Part shown: positions 28,811 through 36,858 of the stretch, piece by piece
Numbering within the stretch: the stretch's first letter is position 1
Layout: each line of letters starts with the position of its first letter
Source of the DNA: Candidatus Bathyarchaeota archaeon
GTDB lineage: Archaea; Thermoproteota; Bathyarchaeia; TCS64
DNA length: 40,802 nt
Assembly (NCBI GenBank): GCA_050053595.1
Contig: JASFTK010000003.1
Location: forward strand, 1-40,802
Direction of reading: 5' to 3'
Program-made: the position numbers and the translations under genes
The notes under the pieces: generated by a model
The model's database searches: none
What the model was told of the DNA's origin: nothing
Seen by the model: only the letters and a program-made list of their open reading frames with translations

Positions 28811-29983
28811 ATGAGCAAGATCATGGTCCTGGGGTGTGGCCTGATGGGACCCACCATAGCCAAGGACTGCGTAGAGAGCGACGAGATCTCGGAGGTCCTA
28901 GCCTGCGATATAGACGAGGGGAAGCTCAGGGATGTCGAGAGCTTCGTCTCCAACCCAAAGCTAAAGACAGCCAAGCTGAGCGTTACCGATCACAATGAAT
29001 TGGCCCTCAGAATGAGGGACTACGATGTGGTGGTCAATGCGACAGCAGCGAGATTCGCCTTGGGGATCCTTGAAGCAGCGATGGAAGTTGGAGTAGATGT
29101 CGTAGATCTCTCCGGCGGCGCTTATCCATTGGAAGGAGAACTGTACGGACGGGTGGAGGACTCCGGTATCACGGTGATCCCCGGTTCAGGGGTTGATCCG
29201 GGTCTTATCGACATAATATCTGGGTATGGCATGGACCTCATGGACGAGGTGGAGGAGGTCCACTTTGCCTGCGGCGGGCTCCCCAAGGACCCTGAACCGC
29301 CTCTCGACTACAAGATCGTCTTCGGGGGTACCAGGATGCCCATAAGACCTGGCAAGGTCCCCATGATCCTCGGGGGAGAACGTGTGGAGGTAGACCGGTA
29401 CGAAGATCTGGAACCCGTCTACATCGAGGGGCTAAGAGACATGGAGGCCTTCTATGATGGATATCCTTCATCCCTGTTGAAAGTATGCGAGGAAAAGGGG
29501 GTCGAGACTTTCAAGGGGAAGACAATCAGGTATGCAGGGCTCGTGGATAAGCTGATGTTCCTCCAAGCCCTTGGCGTTATAAACGACGAGCCCGTGGAGC
29601 ACCGGGGAAGAGAGATAGTGCCCTTAGACCTTTTCCACGAGTTGATATACCCCATCGTCAAGTTCGACGAGGACGGGGGAGACCGAGATCTGACGGTCCT
29701 CCGGGTCCGGGTCGAGGGGACCAAGGACGACTACGAGGTAGTGGCCGCATATGAGATGGTGGACTTTTATGACGAGGAGAAGGGTATCACGTCCATGGCC
29801 AAGACGACAGGGTACACCGCCGCCATAGTCGCCCGTATGGTCGCTAAAGGTGAGTTAGAGGGACCTGGCATCCGTTGGCCTGTAAGGGTCATCAAGGGGA
29901 GGCTCTACAGGGAGCTGATGGCCGCCCTCAGGGAGAGGGGTGTTGAGGTCACCGAGCGCATCCTGACAACTAAGGAGCTCTAA
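28811..29983 (+). CDS. Saccharopine dehydrogenase / lysine 6-dehydrogenase family oxidoreductase
   Basis: VLGCGLMG Rossmann motif, G.DPG, GGLP..P.PPL.YK, KTIRY.G, TSMAKTTGY. ATG 28811 preferred. Confidence 0.88.
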   Translation: MSKIMVLGCGLMGPTIAKDCVESDEISEVLACDIDEGKLRDVESFVSNPKLKTAKLSVTDHNELALRMRDYDVVVNATAARFALGILEAAMEVGVDVVDLSGGAYPLEGELYGRVEDSGITVIPGSGVDPGLIDIISGYGMDLMDEVEEVHFACGGLPKDPEPPLDYKIVFGGTRMPIRPGKVPMILGGERVEVDRYEDLEPVYIEGLRDMEAFYDGYPSSLLKVCEEKGVETFKGKTIRYAGLVDKLMFLQALGVINDEPVEHRGREIVPLDLFHELIYPIVKFDEDGGDRDLTVLRVRVEGTKDDYEVVAAYEMVDFYDEEKGITSMAKTTGYTAAIVARMVAKGELEGPGIRWPVRVIKGRLYRELMAALRERGVEVTERILTTKEL

Positions 29984-30192
29984 GCCTTCTTCTCCTCCTT
30001 TCTCTGTATGAGGGGTTTGTTCTCCTCAGGCTGGAGCTTCTCAGCCCAGTTCCAGAACTTCAGCCACGCATCCTTGTACACTATGGCTCTGAGCTGCTCA
30101 GGGTCTTCCCTTATCAACCGATATATCTGATACAACCAGATGACCTCCATCAATACAAGGACACCAATCAGAAACTGATCAAGGGTTCTCAG
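29980..30192 (-). CDS. Probable small single-pass membrane protein (56-70 aa), not in the ORF track
   Basis: Open frame (L)RTLDQFLIGVLVLMEVIWLYQIYRLIREDPEQLRAIVYKDAWLKFWNWAEKLQPEENKPLIQRKEEKKA*; fills an otherwise empty gap; stop overlaps the convergent stop. Start is CTG 30192, TTG 30153 or ATG 30150. Confidence 0.6.
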   Translation of the reverse strand: MRTLDQFLIGVLVLMEVIWLYQIYRLIREDPEQLRAIVYKDAWLKFWNWAEKLQPEENKPLIQRKEEKKA

Positions 30193-30320
30193 ATTTCCCG
30201 ACCGCGATGATCAAGCCGGGCCTCCAATAAAACCTTTATTCCACACTGAAAGGAGTACATGCTACACCCCCCACCATTAGTATCATATACACGTGGGACC
30301 CACCTCGTGGTGGTGATTGT

Positions 30321-31103
30321 ATGGGTTTCTGGCCCGAGGGATACAGGTGCTGCGTGAACATCTCCTTCGACTACGACTCTAACAGCGCTTTGATGAGGAG
30401 AGCTCCGCTGGATATCATAGCCCAGAGCAGGGGGAGGTTCGCGCCAAACGTGGCGATCCCCAGGATACTTGATTTGCTGGATAGACTCCAGATCAAGGCT
30501 ACTTTCTTCACCCCAGGGTGGACGGTGGACCGTTTCACCGACTCTGTGGAGGAGATCGTGAGTAGAGGTCACGAGCTCGCCGCTCACGGCTACCTCCACG
30601 AAAGACTCGCTGAGATATCTAAGGAGGCCGAGGAGAGTGTCTTCCGGAAAGGGCTCACAGCGTTCGAGAAGGTCGGTGTCAAGCCGGAAGGTTTCAGGGC
30701 TCCCTACTGGCTGATAAGCGACAGGACGATCAGGCTGGTCAGGCGTCTGGGTTTCAGCTATGATTCTAATTTTATGGACAGTGATATGCCCTATATGCTT
30801 GTCTGGAGGGGTGAGGATACCGGTCTGGTGGAGCTCCCCGTCGAATGGATGCTTGACGACTGGCCTCAGTTTGAGACCCATCGGAGAGGTCCTGAGGCCG
30901 CTTACAGCGTCTGGAAGCCAGAGTTTGAGGGGATATATGAGCTCGGCAGGTACTTTGGGCTCACCAACCACCCCCAAGCTATCGGGCGCATCTCAAGGCT
31001 CAAGATGCTGGAGAGACTGCTCAGGGAGATACAGGATAAAGGGGATGTCTGGTTCGCCACCTGTAAAGAAGTGGCTGACTGGACAAGGGATAAGTTGACT
31101 TAA
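30321..31103 (+). CDS. Polysaccharide deacetylase (CE4 / PuuE-like)
   Basis: SFDYD, ATFF, HGYLH, GFRAPY, YDS, ELPV...DDW, HPQ..GR. Confidence 0.9.
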   Translation: MGFWPEGYRCCVNISFDYDSNSALMRRAPLDIIAQSRGRFAPNVAIPRILDLLDRLQIKATFFTPGWTVDRFTDSVEEIVSRGHELAAHGYLHERLAEISKEAEESVFRKGLTAFEKVGVKPEGFRAPYWLISDRTIRLVRRLGFSYDSNFMDSDMPYMLVWRGEDTGLVELPVEWMLDDWPQFETHRRGPEAAYSVWKPEFEGIYELGRYFGLTNHPQAIGRISRLKMLERLLREIQDKGDVWFATCKEVADWTRDKLT

Positions 31104-31894
31104 ACGCCCATCCTCTCCTTCAGATGGGAGACAAGCAGAGGTAAAGATTCCCCTGAGGGGGCCCTAACTGAGACATCACACATATGGCTCAGCTCCGAGG
31201 GTCGGGGATTGAACTCAAGGAGGGCCCCCCCTCCCCTCTTGACCCTGATGGGGAGGGCGGCCGCGGGGTAAACAGAGGCGGAGGTCCCAATGACAAGCAT
31301 GCAGTCGCAGCGTTCAGCCTCCTCTATGCACCTATTCAACACCACTGGGGGTATGGGCTCACCGAACATCACCGTATCGCTCTTCACGATGCCCCCGCAT
31401 GAGGGACATCTAGGTGGGATCTCGGAGATGTCGAATCCCTCAAAGGGGGACCTTGACCCACAAGAGATGCATCGTATCTTCTTTGCATTCCCATGGATCT
31501 CGATGACATTGGAGCTTCCGGCGGCGTTATGGAGGTCATCGATGTTCTGCGTGATCAGGCTCTTTAAGACATCCATCTCCTCCATATCTGAGAGGGAGTG
31601 ATGCCCGGGGTTGGGTTCCGCCTTAAGCATAGCTCTACCTATCCCTCGTCTCCTTTCAGGGTCCAGTCTCCTCTCCCAATACGCCTTGGGGTCACTTTGG
31701 AACCTTTTATAACCGTCCATGGGGGGCTCCCCCCGCTCAGTCCATAAGCCCCCGGGACCCCTGAAAGGTCGGATACCGCTCTCAACGGAGACCCCTGCAC
31801 CTGTGAGAGCCACCACATACCGGGCTGACACTATAAATTCCAAGGCCTCCAAGATAGAGGATTCTAGGTCACCATTGCCGCTCATAATGTCCAT
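31100..31894 (-). CDS. cobB: NAD-dependent protein deacylase (Sir2 family)
   Basis: GAGVSVESGI..FRG, TQNIDDLH, HG, CxxC...CxxC, FGE, GTS..VYPA. Confidence 0.94.
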   Translation of the reverse strand: MDIMSGNGDLESSILEALEFIVSARYVVALTGAGVSVESGIRPFRGPGGLWTERGEPPMDGYKRFQSDPKAYWERRLDPERRRGIGRAMLKAEPNPGHHSLSDMEEMDVLKSLITQNIDDLHNAAGSSNVIEIHGNAKKIRCISCGSRSPFEGFDISEIPPRCPSCGGIVKSDTVMFGEPIPPVVLNRCIEEAERCDCMLVIGTSASVYPAAALPIRVKRGGGALLEFNPRPSELSHMCDVSVRAPSGESLPLLVSHLKERMGV

Positions 31895-31923
31895 ATAGAT
31901 ATCGGGGTGGGAGAAGAAAAGTT

Positions 31924-32883
31924 CTACCCGATCTTCTCCTTGAGGGCCTTGGTGAGGGCCGGTAGGACGCGGTATAGATCTCCAACGATGGAGTAGTCAG
32001 AGAGCTCATGGATGTTCGCAGCCTCCGCTTCGTTGATGGAGACTATGAGCTGGGCGTCCCTTATCCCTGCAGCGTGCTGTATCGTCCCCGAGATACCGCA
32101 TGCCAGATAGAGCTTAGGGGAGACCTTATGCCCGCTGATGCCCACCCACTCCTCCATCCAACCTAGATCAGCGGCGATGGGCCTGGTGCATCCCATCTTG
32201 GCGCCCAAGACCTCGGCCAAATTTTTCAGGATACTGAGATCCGCCTCCTCCTTGAACCCCCGACCTGCTGAGACGATGACAGGGGCCTCATCAAGCCCCA
32301 TGTCGCCTCTCTTCTTCTCCCTCCGTTCCAAGACCCTGACCCTAGCCTCCGGCACCTCCACCGAGAGCCCCACGATCTCAGCAGCCTCACCAGAAGGCTC
32401 GGACTCTTTGAAAACCCTCGCCGGGACCGTCGCGATATGAGGGGCCTTCCCGCTCACTTCAGTAGCCACCGTGGAACCACCGTATGTAAGCCGCTCAGCT
32501 ACCAACCTCCCCTCACGGTCCAGGTTGAGGCTCACACACTCCGTCATACAACCTGTGTCCAGGGCTGCTGCAACCCGGGCTGCGAGTTCCTTACCTCTCT
32601 TCGTGGCACCTATCAATATGATATAGGGATCAACCAGCTCCACGGCCTTGAGGAAGGCAGCCCTGCATGGCTCGACTGAGAAATATTCGAAGCCAGGATC
32701 GTCGGCAACCAGTATCCTAGCCGCGCCGATATCTGCTTCCTCAGCGTTCCCCTGAACCCCAGAGCCAATCATGAGAGCGACAAGTTCTCCATCCAGCTCA
32801 TCAGCCAGTTCCTTACCCTTCCCTGAGAGCTGACTTAAGATATCATCGTCCTCTGAATAGACAAGTACACTCTTCCTAGTCAC
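31924..32883 (-). CDS. etfA: Electron transfer flavoprotein alpha subunit
   Basis: R.TYGG, SAGRG, GCTRP, VGISG..V.P.LY, GISG.IQH.AG. Confidence 0.94.
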   Translation of the reverse strand: MTRKSVLVYSEDDDILSQLSGKGKELADELDGELVALMIGSGVQGNAEEADIGAARILVADDPGFEYFSVEPCRAAFLKAVELVDPYIILIGATKRGKELAARVAAALDTGCMTECVSLNLDREGRLVAERLTYGGSTVATEVSGKAPHIATVPARVFKESEPSGEAAEIVGLSVEVPEARVRVLERREKKRGDMGLDEAPVIVSAGRGFKEEADLSILKNLAEVLGAKMGCTRPIAADLGWMEEWVGISGHKVSPKLYLACGISGTIQHAAGIRDAQLIVSINEAEAANIHELSDYSIVGDLYRVLPALTKALKEKIG

Positions 32884-32885
32884 AG

Positions 32886-33677
32886 TTATCCCTCCAGCAC
32901 CCCCTCTGCCACTATGGCCTCAGCCAGCTTTTCCGCGGCCTCCTCCACAGTCTCGGCCTCGATGACGACCCTCTTCCTCTCCACCTTGGGGGCCTCCACC
33001 CCCAGAACCTCTACAGAGGAGCCCCCCCTGATCTCCTCTGCGGAGAGCCCGAGGGCCTCGGCATACCATTCCTCTGTGGGCTTTTTCTTCGCTTTCATGA
33101 TGTTCATCAGGGAGGGTATCCTCGCCTCGTTAATCTCCCTCACCACAGATACGACAGCGGGGAGCTCTACCTCCACCACCTCGTCAACATCCTCCAGATC
33201 CCTCACCGCCTCCAACGCCCCATCCCCCAACTCCAGACCCCTGACATACGTCACCTGAGGAAGATCCAAGAGCTCCGCCAGCCTGGGGCCCACCTGAGCC
33301 GATAAGCTGTCAAGGGTCATCTCACCAGCGAGGATGAGGTCATAATCACCTATCTTTTCGATGGCTGCCTTGAGCACCTTGGAGGTTGAGAGGGCGTCGA
33401 CACCCACCAACCCCCCATCGTTGACAATGTAAGCCGAGTCCGCTCCCATAGCAAGGGCTTCCAGGAGGGCGGTCCTCGTCTTTGGCCCCCCCATGGAGAG
33501 GGCGATGACCTCCCCCCCTCCGCTCTCCTTGAGCCTTATGGCAGCCTCCAGTGCCCTCTTATCGAGGTCGCTGATCTTTGTCTTCATCCCCTCAGTCCTT
33601 GTTTGTCTGGTCGAGGGGTCTATCTTCATATCCGTGATGTCCACGATATCCTTGAGAAGCACAACAATACGGGCCAA
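32886..33677 (-). CDS. etfB: Electron transfer flavoprotein beta subunit
   Basis: D..ALEAA, MG, ALAMGAD, YDLILAG, QVGP.LAE.L.LPQVT, NEARIP. Confidence 0.94.
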   Translation of the reverse strand: MARIVVLLKDIVDITDMKIDPSTRQTRTEGMKTKISDLDKRALEAAIRLKESGGGEVIALSMGGPKTRTALLEALAMGADSAYIVNDGGLVGVDALSTSKVLKAAIEKIGDYDLILAGEMTLDSLSAQVGPRLAELLDLPQVTYVRGLELGDGALEAVRDLEDVDEVVEVELPAVVSVVREINEARIPSLMNIMKAKKKPTEEWYAEALGLSAEEIRGGSSVEVLGVEAPKVERKRVVIEAETVEEAAEKLAEAIVAEGVLEG

Positions 33678-33803
33678 ATCGGTCTCTCCTGAACAAAAGG
33701 GATACGAAGGTGAAGCCTATTAGATTTTTCTCTATAGAAACAGGGTTATTACTCGCGTATTGATGTAACTAAGTTCTCAATAAATGACGTTCATGCAGTT
33801 TAA

Positions 33804-33889
33804 TGTCGACAATAGCCGGAGAGATCGTATCTCCTCACCTGATTGTCCCCAGATGCCCCTCCCGCTATATTGCCGGCTAACTTTCGACA
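33804..33889. other. Nested inverted repeats forming a candidate multi-branch RNA structure
   Basis: TGTCGA (33804-09) pairs with TCGACA (33884-89), and TAGCCGG (33813-19) with CCGGCTA (33873-79), enclosing two short hairpins. Confidence 0.4.
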
Positions 33890-34034
33890 CCCAATATTTT
33901 CTGAAGTGGGATGAGAGATGGACGTTCAGAAGACCAATCTCAACATTTGTATGCCGATTTACTTTTTATATTAGACATAGATTGTTTACACGCTTGATAC
34001 TTAGGAGAACAGGATAAATGACGAGGGAATCCAC

Positions 34035-34202
34035 ATGAGCGCTAAGCGTACAGTACGGTACCCATGTAAATGTGACACAGTAGACCCCGAGCACACCGTA
34101 GAGGATAGTGGAGACGGCTGGAAACGGTACGTCTGCTCCTCCTGTGGTGGAGTCAAGTATGCTTGGGATGGAGACGTAGCTGAGACCCCGGAGGGGAAAT
34201 GA
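34035..34202 (+). CDS. Small zinc-ribbon protein (55 aa), not in the ORF track
   Basis: MSAKRTVRYPCKCDTVDPEHTVEDSGDGWKRYVCSSCGGVKYAWDGDVAETPEGK*; CxC...H...CxxCG; GAGGG SD-like element upstream; ends 46 nt before tbp. Confidence 0.7.
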   Translation: MSAKRTVRYPCKCDTVDPEHTVEDSGDGWKRYVCSSCGGVKYAWDGDVAETPEGK

Positions 34203-34248
34203 ATCTAACCATGGATGGGTTCAGAAGGTACAGGGCTGGGGCAACAGG

Positions 34249-34821
34249 TTGACACGGGAAGCCAGTGTAACCCCAGAGGACTTGGACGTCAGTATAGAGA
34301 ATGTCGTCGCCACAGCGTCTCTGGACCAGAGGTTTGACCTACAGGCCATCATGAAGATATTCAGGAACGCGGAGTACAACCCAAAAAAGTTTCCCGGGTT
34401 GGTGTTCAGACTGAAGAGGCCTAAGACCTCGACCCTGATATTCAACACGGGGAAGATGGTGTGCACCGGGGCCAAGTCGGAGAAGATGGCAAGGAGCGCC
34501 ATTATGAAGGTTGTGAGGGAGCTCAAGAAGGGTGATATCATCATCCTGGGTAGACCACACATAGAGGTGACGAACATCGTCGCAACAGTGAACTTACAGG
34601 CAAAGGTAGATCTGGAGGCTGCGGCGGATATCCTTGATAACGTGATGTATGAGCCCTCTCAGTTTCCTGGTCTCATCATCCGGATGGCTGATCCCAAGGT
34701 GGTCTGTCTGGTCTTTACGTCCGGTAAGGTGGTCTGCACCGGAGCCAAGAACGAGGATATGGTAGATGAGGCTGTCGTCAAGCTCCACAGAACCTTAGAA
34801 GACTATGCACTCTTTTTCTAA
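34249..34821 (+). CDS. tbp: TATA-box binding protein
   Basis: Two TBP repeats: ENVVAT...FPGL...IFNTGKMVCTGAK and TNIVAT...FPGL...VFTSGKVVCTGAK. Start uncertain (TTG). Confidence 0.97.
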   Translation: MTREASVTPEDLDVSIENVVATASLDQRFDLQAIMKIFRNAEYNPKKFPGLVFRLKRPKTSTLIFNTGKMVCTGAKSEKMARSAIMKVVRELKKGDIIILGRPHIEVTNIVATVNLQAKVDLEAAADILDNVMYEPSQFPGLIIRMADPKVVCLVFTSGKVVCTGAKNEDMVDEAVVKLHRTLEDYALFF

Positions 34822-35033
34822 GACCTTCAGCTGAGCTAATTGTCTCGTTAAATGAAGTGATAGACTCAGTCTGCATAAACTATTGGATCTTTGACCGGAT
34901 ACAGGAGAGGATAATCAAGGGGCTTAGGGTTCATAGGCGGGGACTGAGAGAATAGAGGTGCAACATTTTCACCCTGCTCCCCCCAATACAGACCTGCGTC
35001 TCTATTATCTGCCTCGATGTTCACATACGCTGT

Positions 35034-35279
35034 ATGGATAAGGAGCTTCTTGAATATCTGGACGGCTATCCCTCTGATGAACTTGGCACTGCCTGGGTCC
35101 TTGTAAGTCAGATAGAGAAGGACACCAGCCTCTCAAGGCAGAGGATCTGCGAGGAAGTCGCGGAGGCCCGGGAGAGGGGGTTCGTAAAGGATATGAGGAC
35201 CCTTGAACGGGGACCAATAGGGTTGATCTCTGTCACGATAACTGGGAGAGGGAGGTCCTGGCTCCAGGGAGAGGACTGA
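35034..35279 (+). CDS. Small winged-helix protein
   Basis: Helix-helix-helix-wing pattern ending ITGRGRSWL. Confidence 0.65.
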   Translation: MDKELLEYLDGYPSDELGTAWVLVSQIEKDTSLSRQRICEEVAEARERGFVKDMRTLERGPIGLISVTITGRGRSWLQGED

Positions 35280-35375
35280 CCCCCGTTACATAACTCCCGC
35301 TATCAGACGGGCATACGGACTATACACGTGAATGAAAATACTTTAAGTATCAGAGGAAGACTATCATGGATTTTC

Positions 35376-36419
35376 ATGAGTGAAGAAGTGGAGAGGATTG
35401 CGGTCCTCGGAGCGGGCACCATGGGTCACGGCATCGCCCAGGTTGCAGCCGTCTCCGGGATCCCGGTCGTCATCAGGGATATTGCGCAGGAGTTCCTGGA
35501 TGGCGCTCAAAAGAGGATTGAGGAGAGCCTGAAACGCCAGGTCGAGAGGGGTAGGATGACCGATGAGGAGGTGACGGAGGTTATTGGCAATCTCTCGTAC
35601 ACCTTGGACCTTGAGGAGGCGGTGAGGGACGCCGATCTCATCATCGAGGCTATCCCTGAGAAGATGGACCTCAAGAGAAGGGTGTGGTCGGAGGCATCAG
35701 ACGCCGCTAGGGGAGATGCCATTCTCGCTACCAATACATCTAGTTTGAGCATCACCGGGATCGCCGAGGCGGTGGCTGACCCTGAACGGTTCATAGGGAT
35801 GCACTTCTTCAACCCGGCGACCCTTATGCGCCTAGTAGAGGTTATCCCGGGTGAGAGAACTGGGGTAAAAACCGTTGAGAGGGTCAAGGCGATTGCAGAG
35901 ATGATGGGGAAAACCCCTGTCGAGGTCAAGAAAGATGTGGTCGGCTTCATAGTCAACAGGATCCTCGTCACATACCTAAACGAGGCAGCCAGACTCCTTG
36001 AGACAGAGAGCTACACTAAGGAGCAGATAGACGGAGCCATGCAACACCGCGCAGGTATGCCCCTGGGACCCTTGATGCTGTCAGACCTCATCGGCCTCGA
36101 CATAGTCTACCATGTCCTCAAAGTCTTCGAAGAGAACCTTGGCCCCGAATACAAGCCAGCGGATATAATAGAGGATCTCTACAAAGCGGACAAGCTAGGG
36201 AGGAAGACCGGGGAGGGCTTCTATAACTACGCCCAGAGGCCATCCGTGACTGAGGGGGAGGGAGAAGGCTTCGATGTGGATCTGCTGCTGGAACCCTTCA
36301 TCGCCGAAGCTGAGAAGGTGGTCTCCGAGGGTATAGCAGATCCAGAGTCCGTGGATACCGCCTTGAAGCTTGGAGGGAACATCCCCAAGGGCCCCTTCGA
36401 GATGAAGGGAGGAAAATGA
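35376..36419 (+). CDS. 3-hydroxyacyl-CoA dehydrogenase with a partially duplicated C-terminal domain
   Basis: GAGTMGHGIA, EAIPE, TNTSS, GMHFFNP, GFIVNR, GMPLGP, GRKTGEGFY; second DTALKLG..PKGPF repeat. ATG 35376 preferred. Confidence 0.94.
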   Translation: MSEEVERIAVLGAGTMGHGIAQVAAVSGIPVVIRDIAQEFLDGAQKRIEESLKRQVERGRMTDEEVTEVIGNLSYTLDLEEAVRDADLIIEAIPEKMDLKRRVWSEASDAARGDAILATNTSSLSITGIAEAVADPERFIGMHFFNPATLMRLVEVIPGERTGVKTVERVKAIAEMMGKTPVEVKKDVVGFIVNRILVTYLNEAARLLETESYTKEQIDGAMQHRAGMPLGPLMLSDLIGLDIVYHVLKVFEENLGPEYKPADIIEDLYKADKLGRKTGEGFYNYAQRPSVTEGEGEGFDVDLLLEPFIAEAEKVVSEGIADPESVDTALKLGGNIPKGPFEMKGGK

Positions 36420-36477
36420 TCAGAAAGCCGGTGTTAAGAAGCCCCTCATGAATATAGTCGGATTACTGGGATACACC

Positions 36478-36855
36478 TCAAACTAGTTTGAAGCAGAGGA
36501 TAGTCTCCCCGCCCTTTTCCACAAACTCCGCAATGACCCTGTCGCCGACTGATATCGCGTCCCCATCGTGGACATCAAGTACTTGTCCCGATATACTTGG
36601 GCCTCCATCTAGCTCCACCACCGCAACGGTGTAAGGGCAGCATTCCTCCATCTTCGTTAGGGGGACATTAATCACCGAGAACGCGCGGACCCTCCCTCTA
36701 CCCTCCAACTCGGCCCACCCCATCTCGTCCCCCCCACAGTCAGGACAGACGGGGCGTGGGGGCAGGTGTACCGACTCGCATTTCTGGCACTCCGAAGCCA
36801 TTATGGAACCTTGCTTGATGAAGTCAGAGTAAGCTTTAGTTGTGAACTCTACCAC
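36478..36855 (-). CDS. DUF35 Zn-ribbon/OB-fold protein (thiolase partner)
   Basis: CQKC...PPR.VCPDC followed by an OB fold; directly downstream of the thiolase. Confidence 0.92.
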   Translation of the reverse strand: MVEFTTKAYSDFIKQGSIMASECQKCESVHLPPRPVCPDCGGDEMGWAELEGRGRVRAFSVINVPLTKMEECCPYTVAVVELDGGPSISGQVLDVHDGDAISVGDRVIAEFVEKGGETILCFKLV

Positions 36856-36858
36856 CGA

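Noticed and set aside
30189-30977. 262-aa minus-strand ORF
   Set aside because: Mostly antisense to the well-supported polysaccharide deacetylase; no family features.
33784-34017. 77-aa plus-strand ORF in the etfB-tbp gap
   Set aside because: Atypical composition and no motif; it overlaps likely promoter and structured sequence. Not fully excluded.
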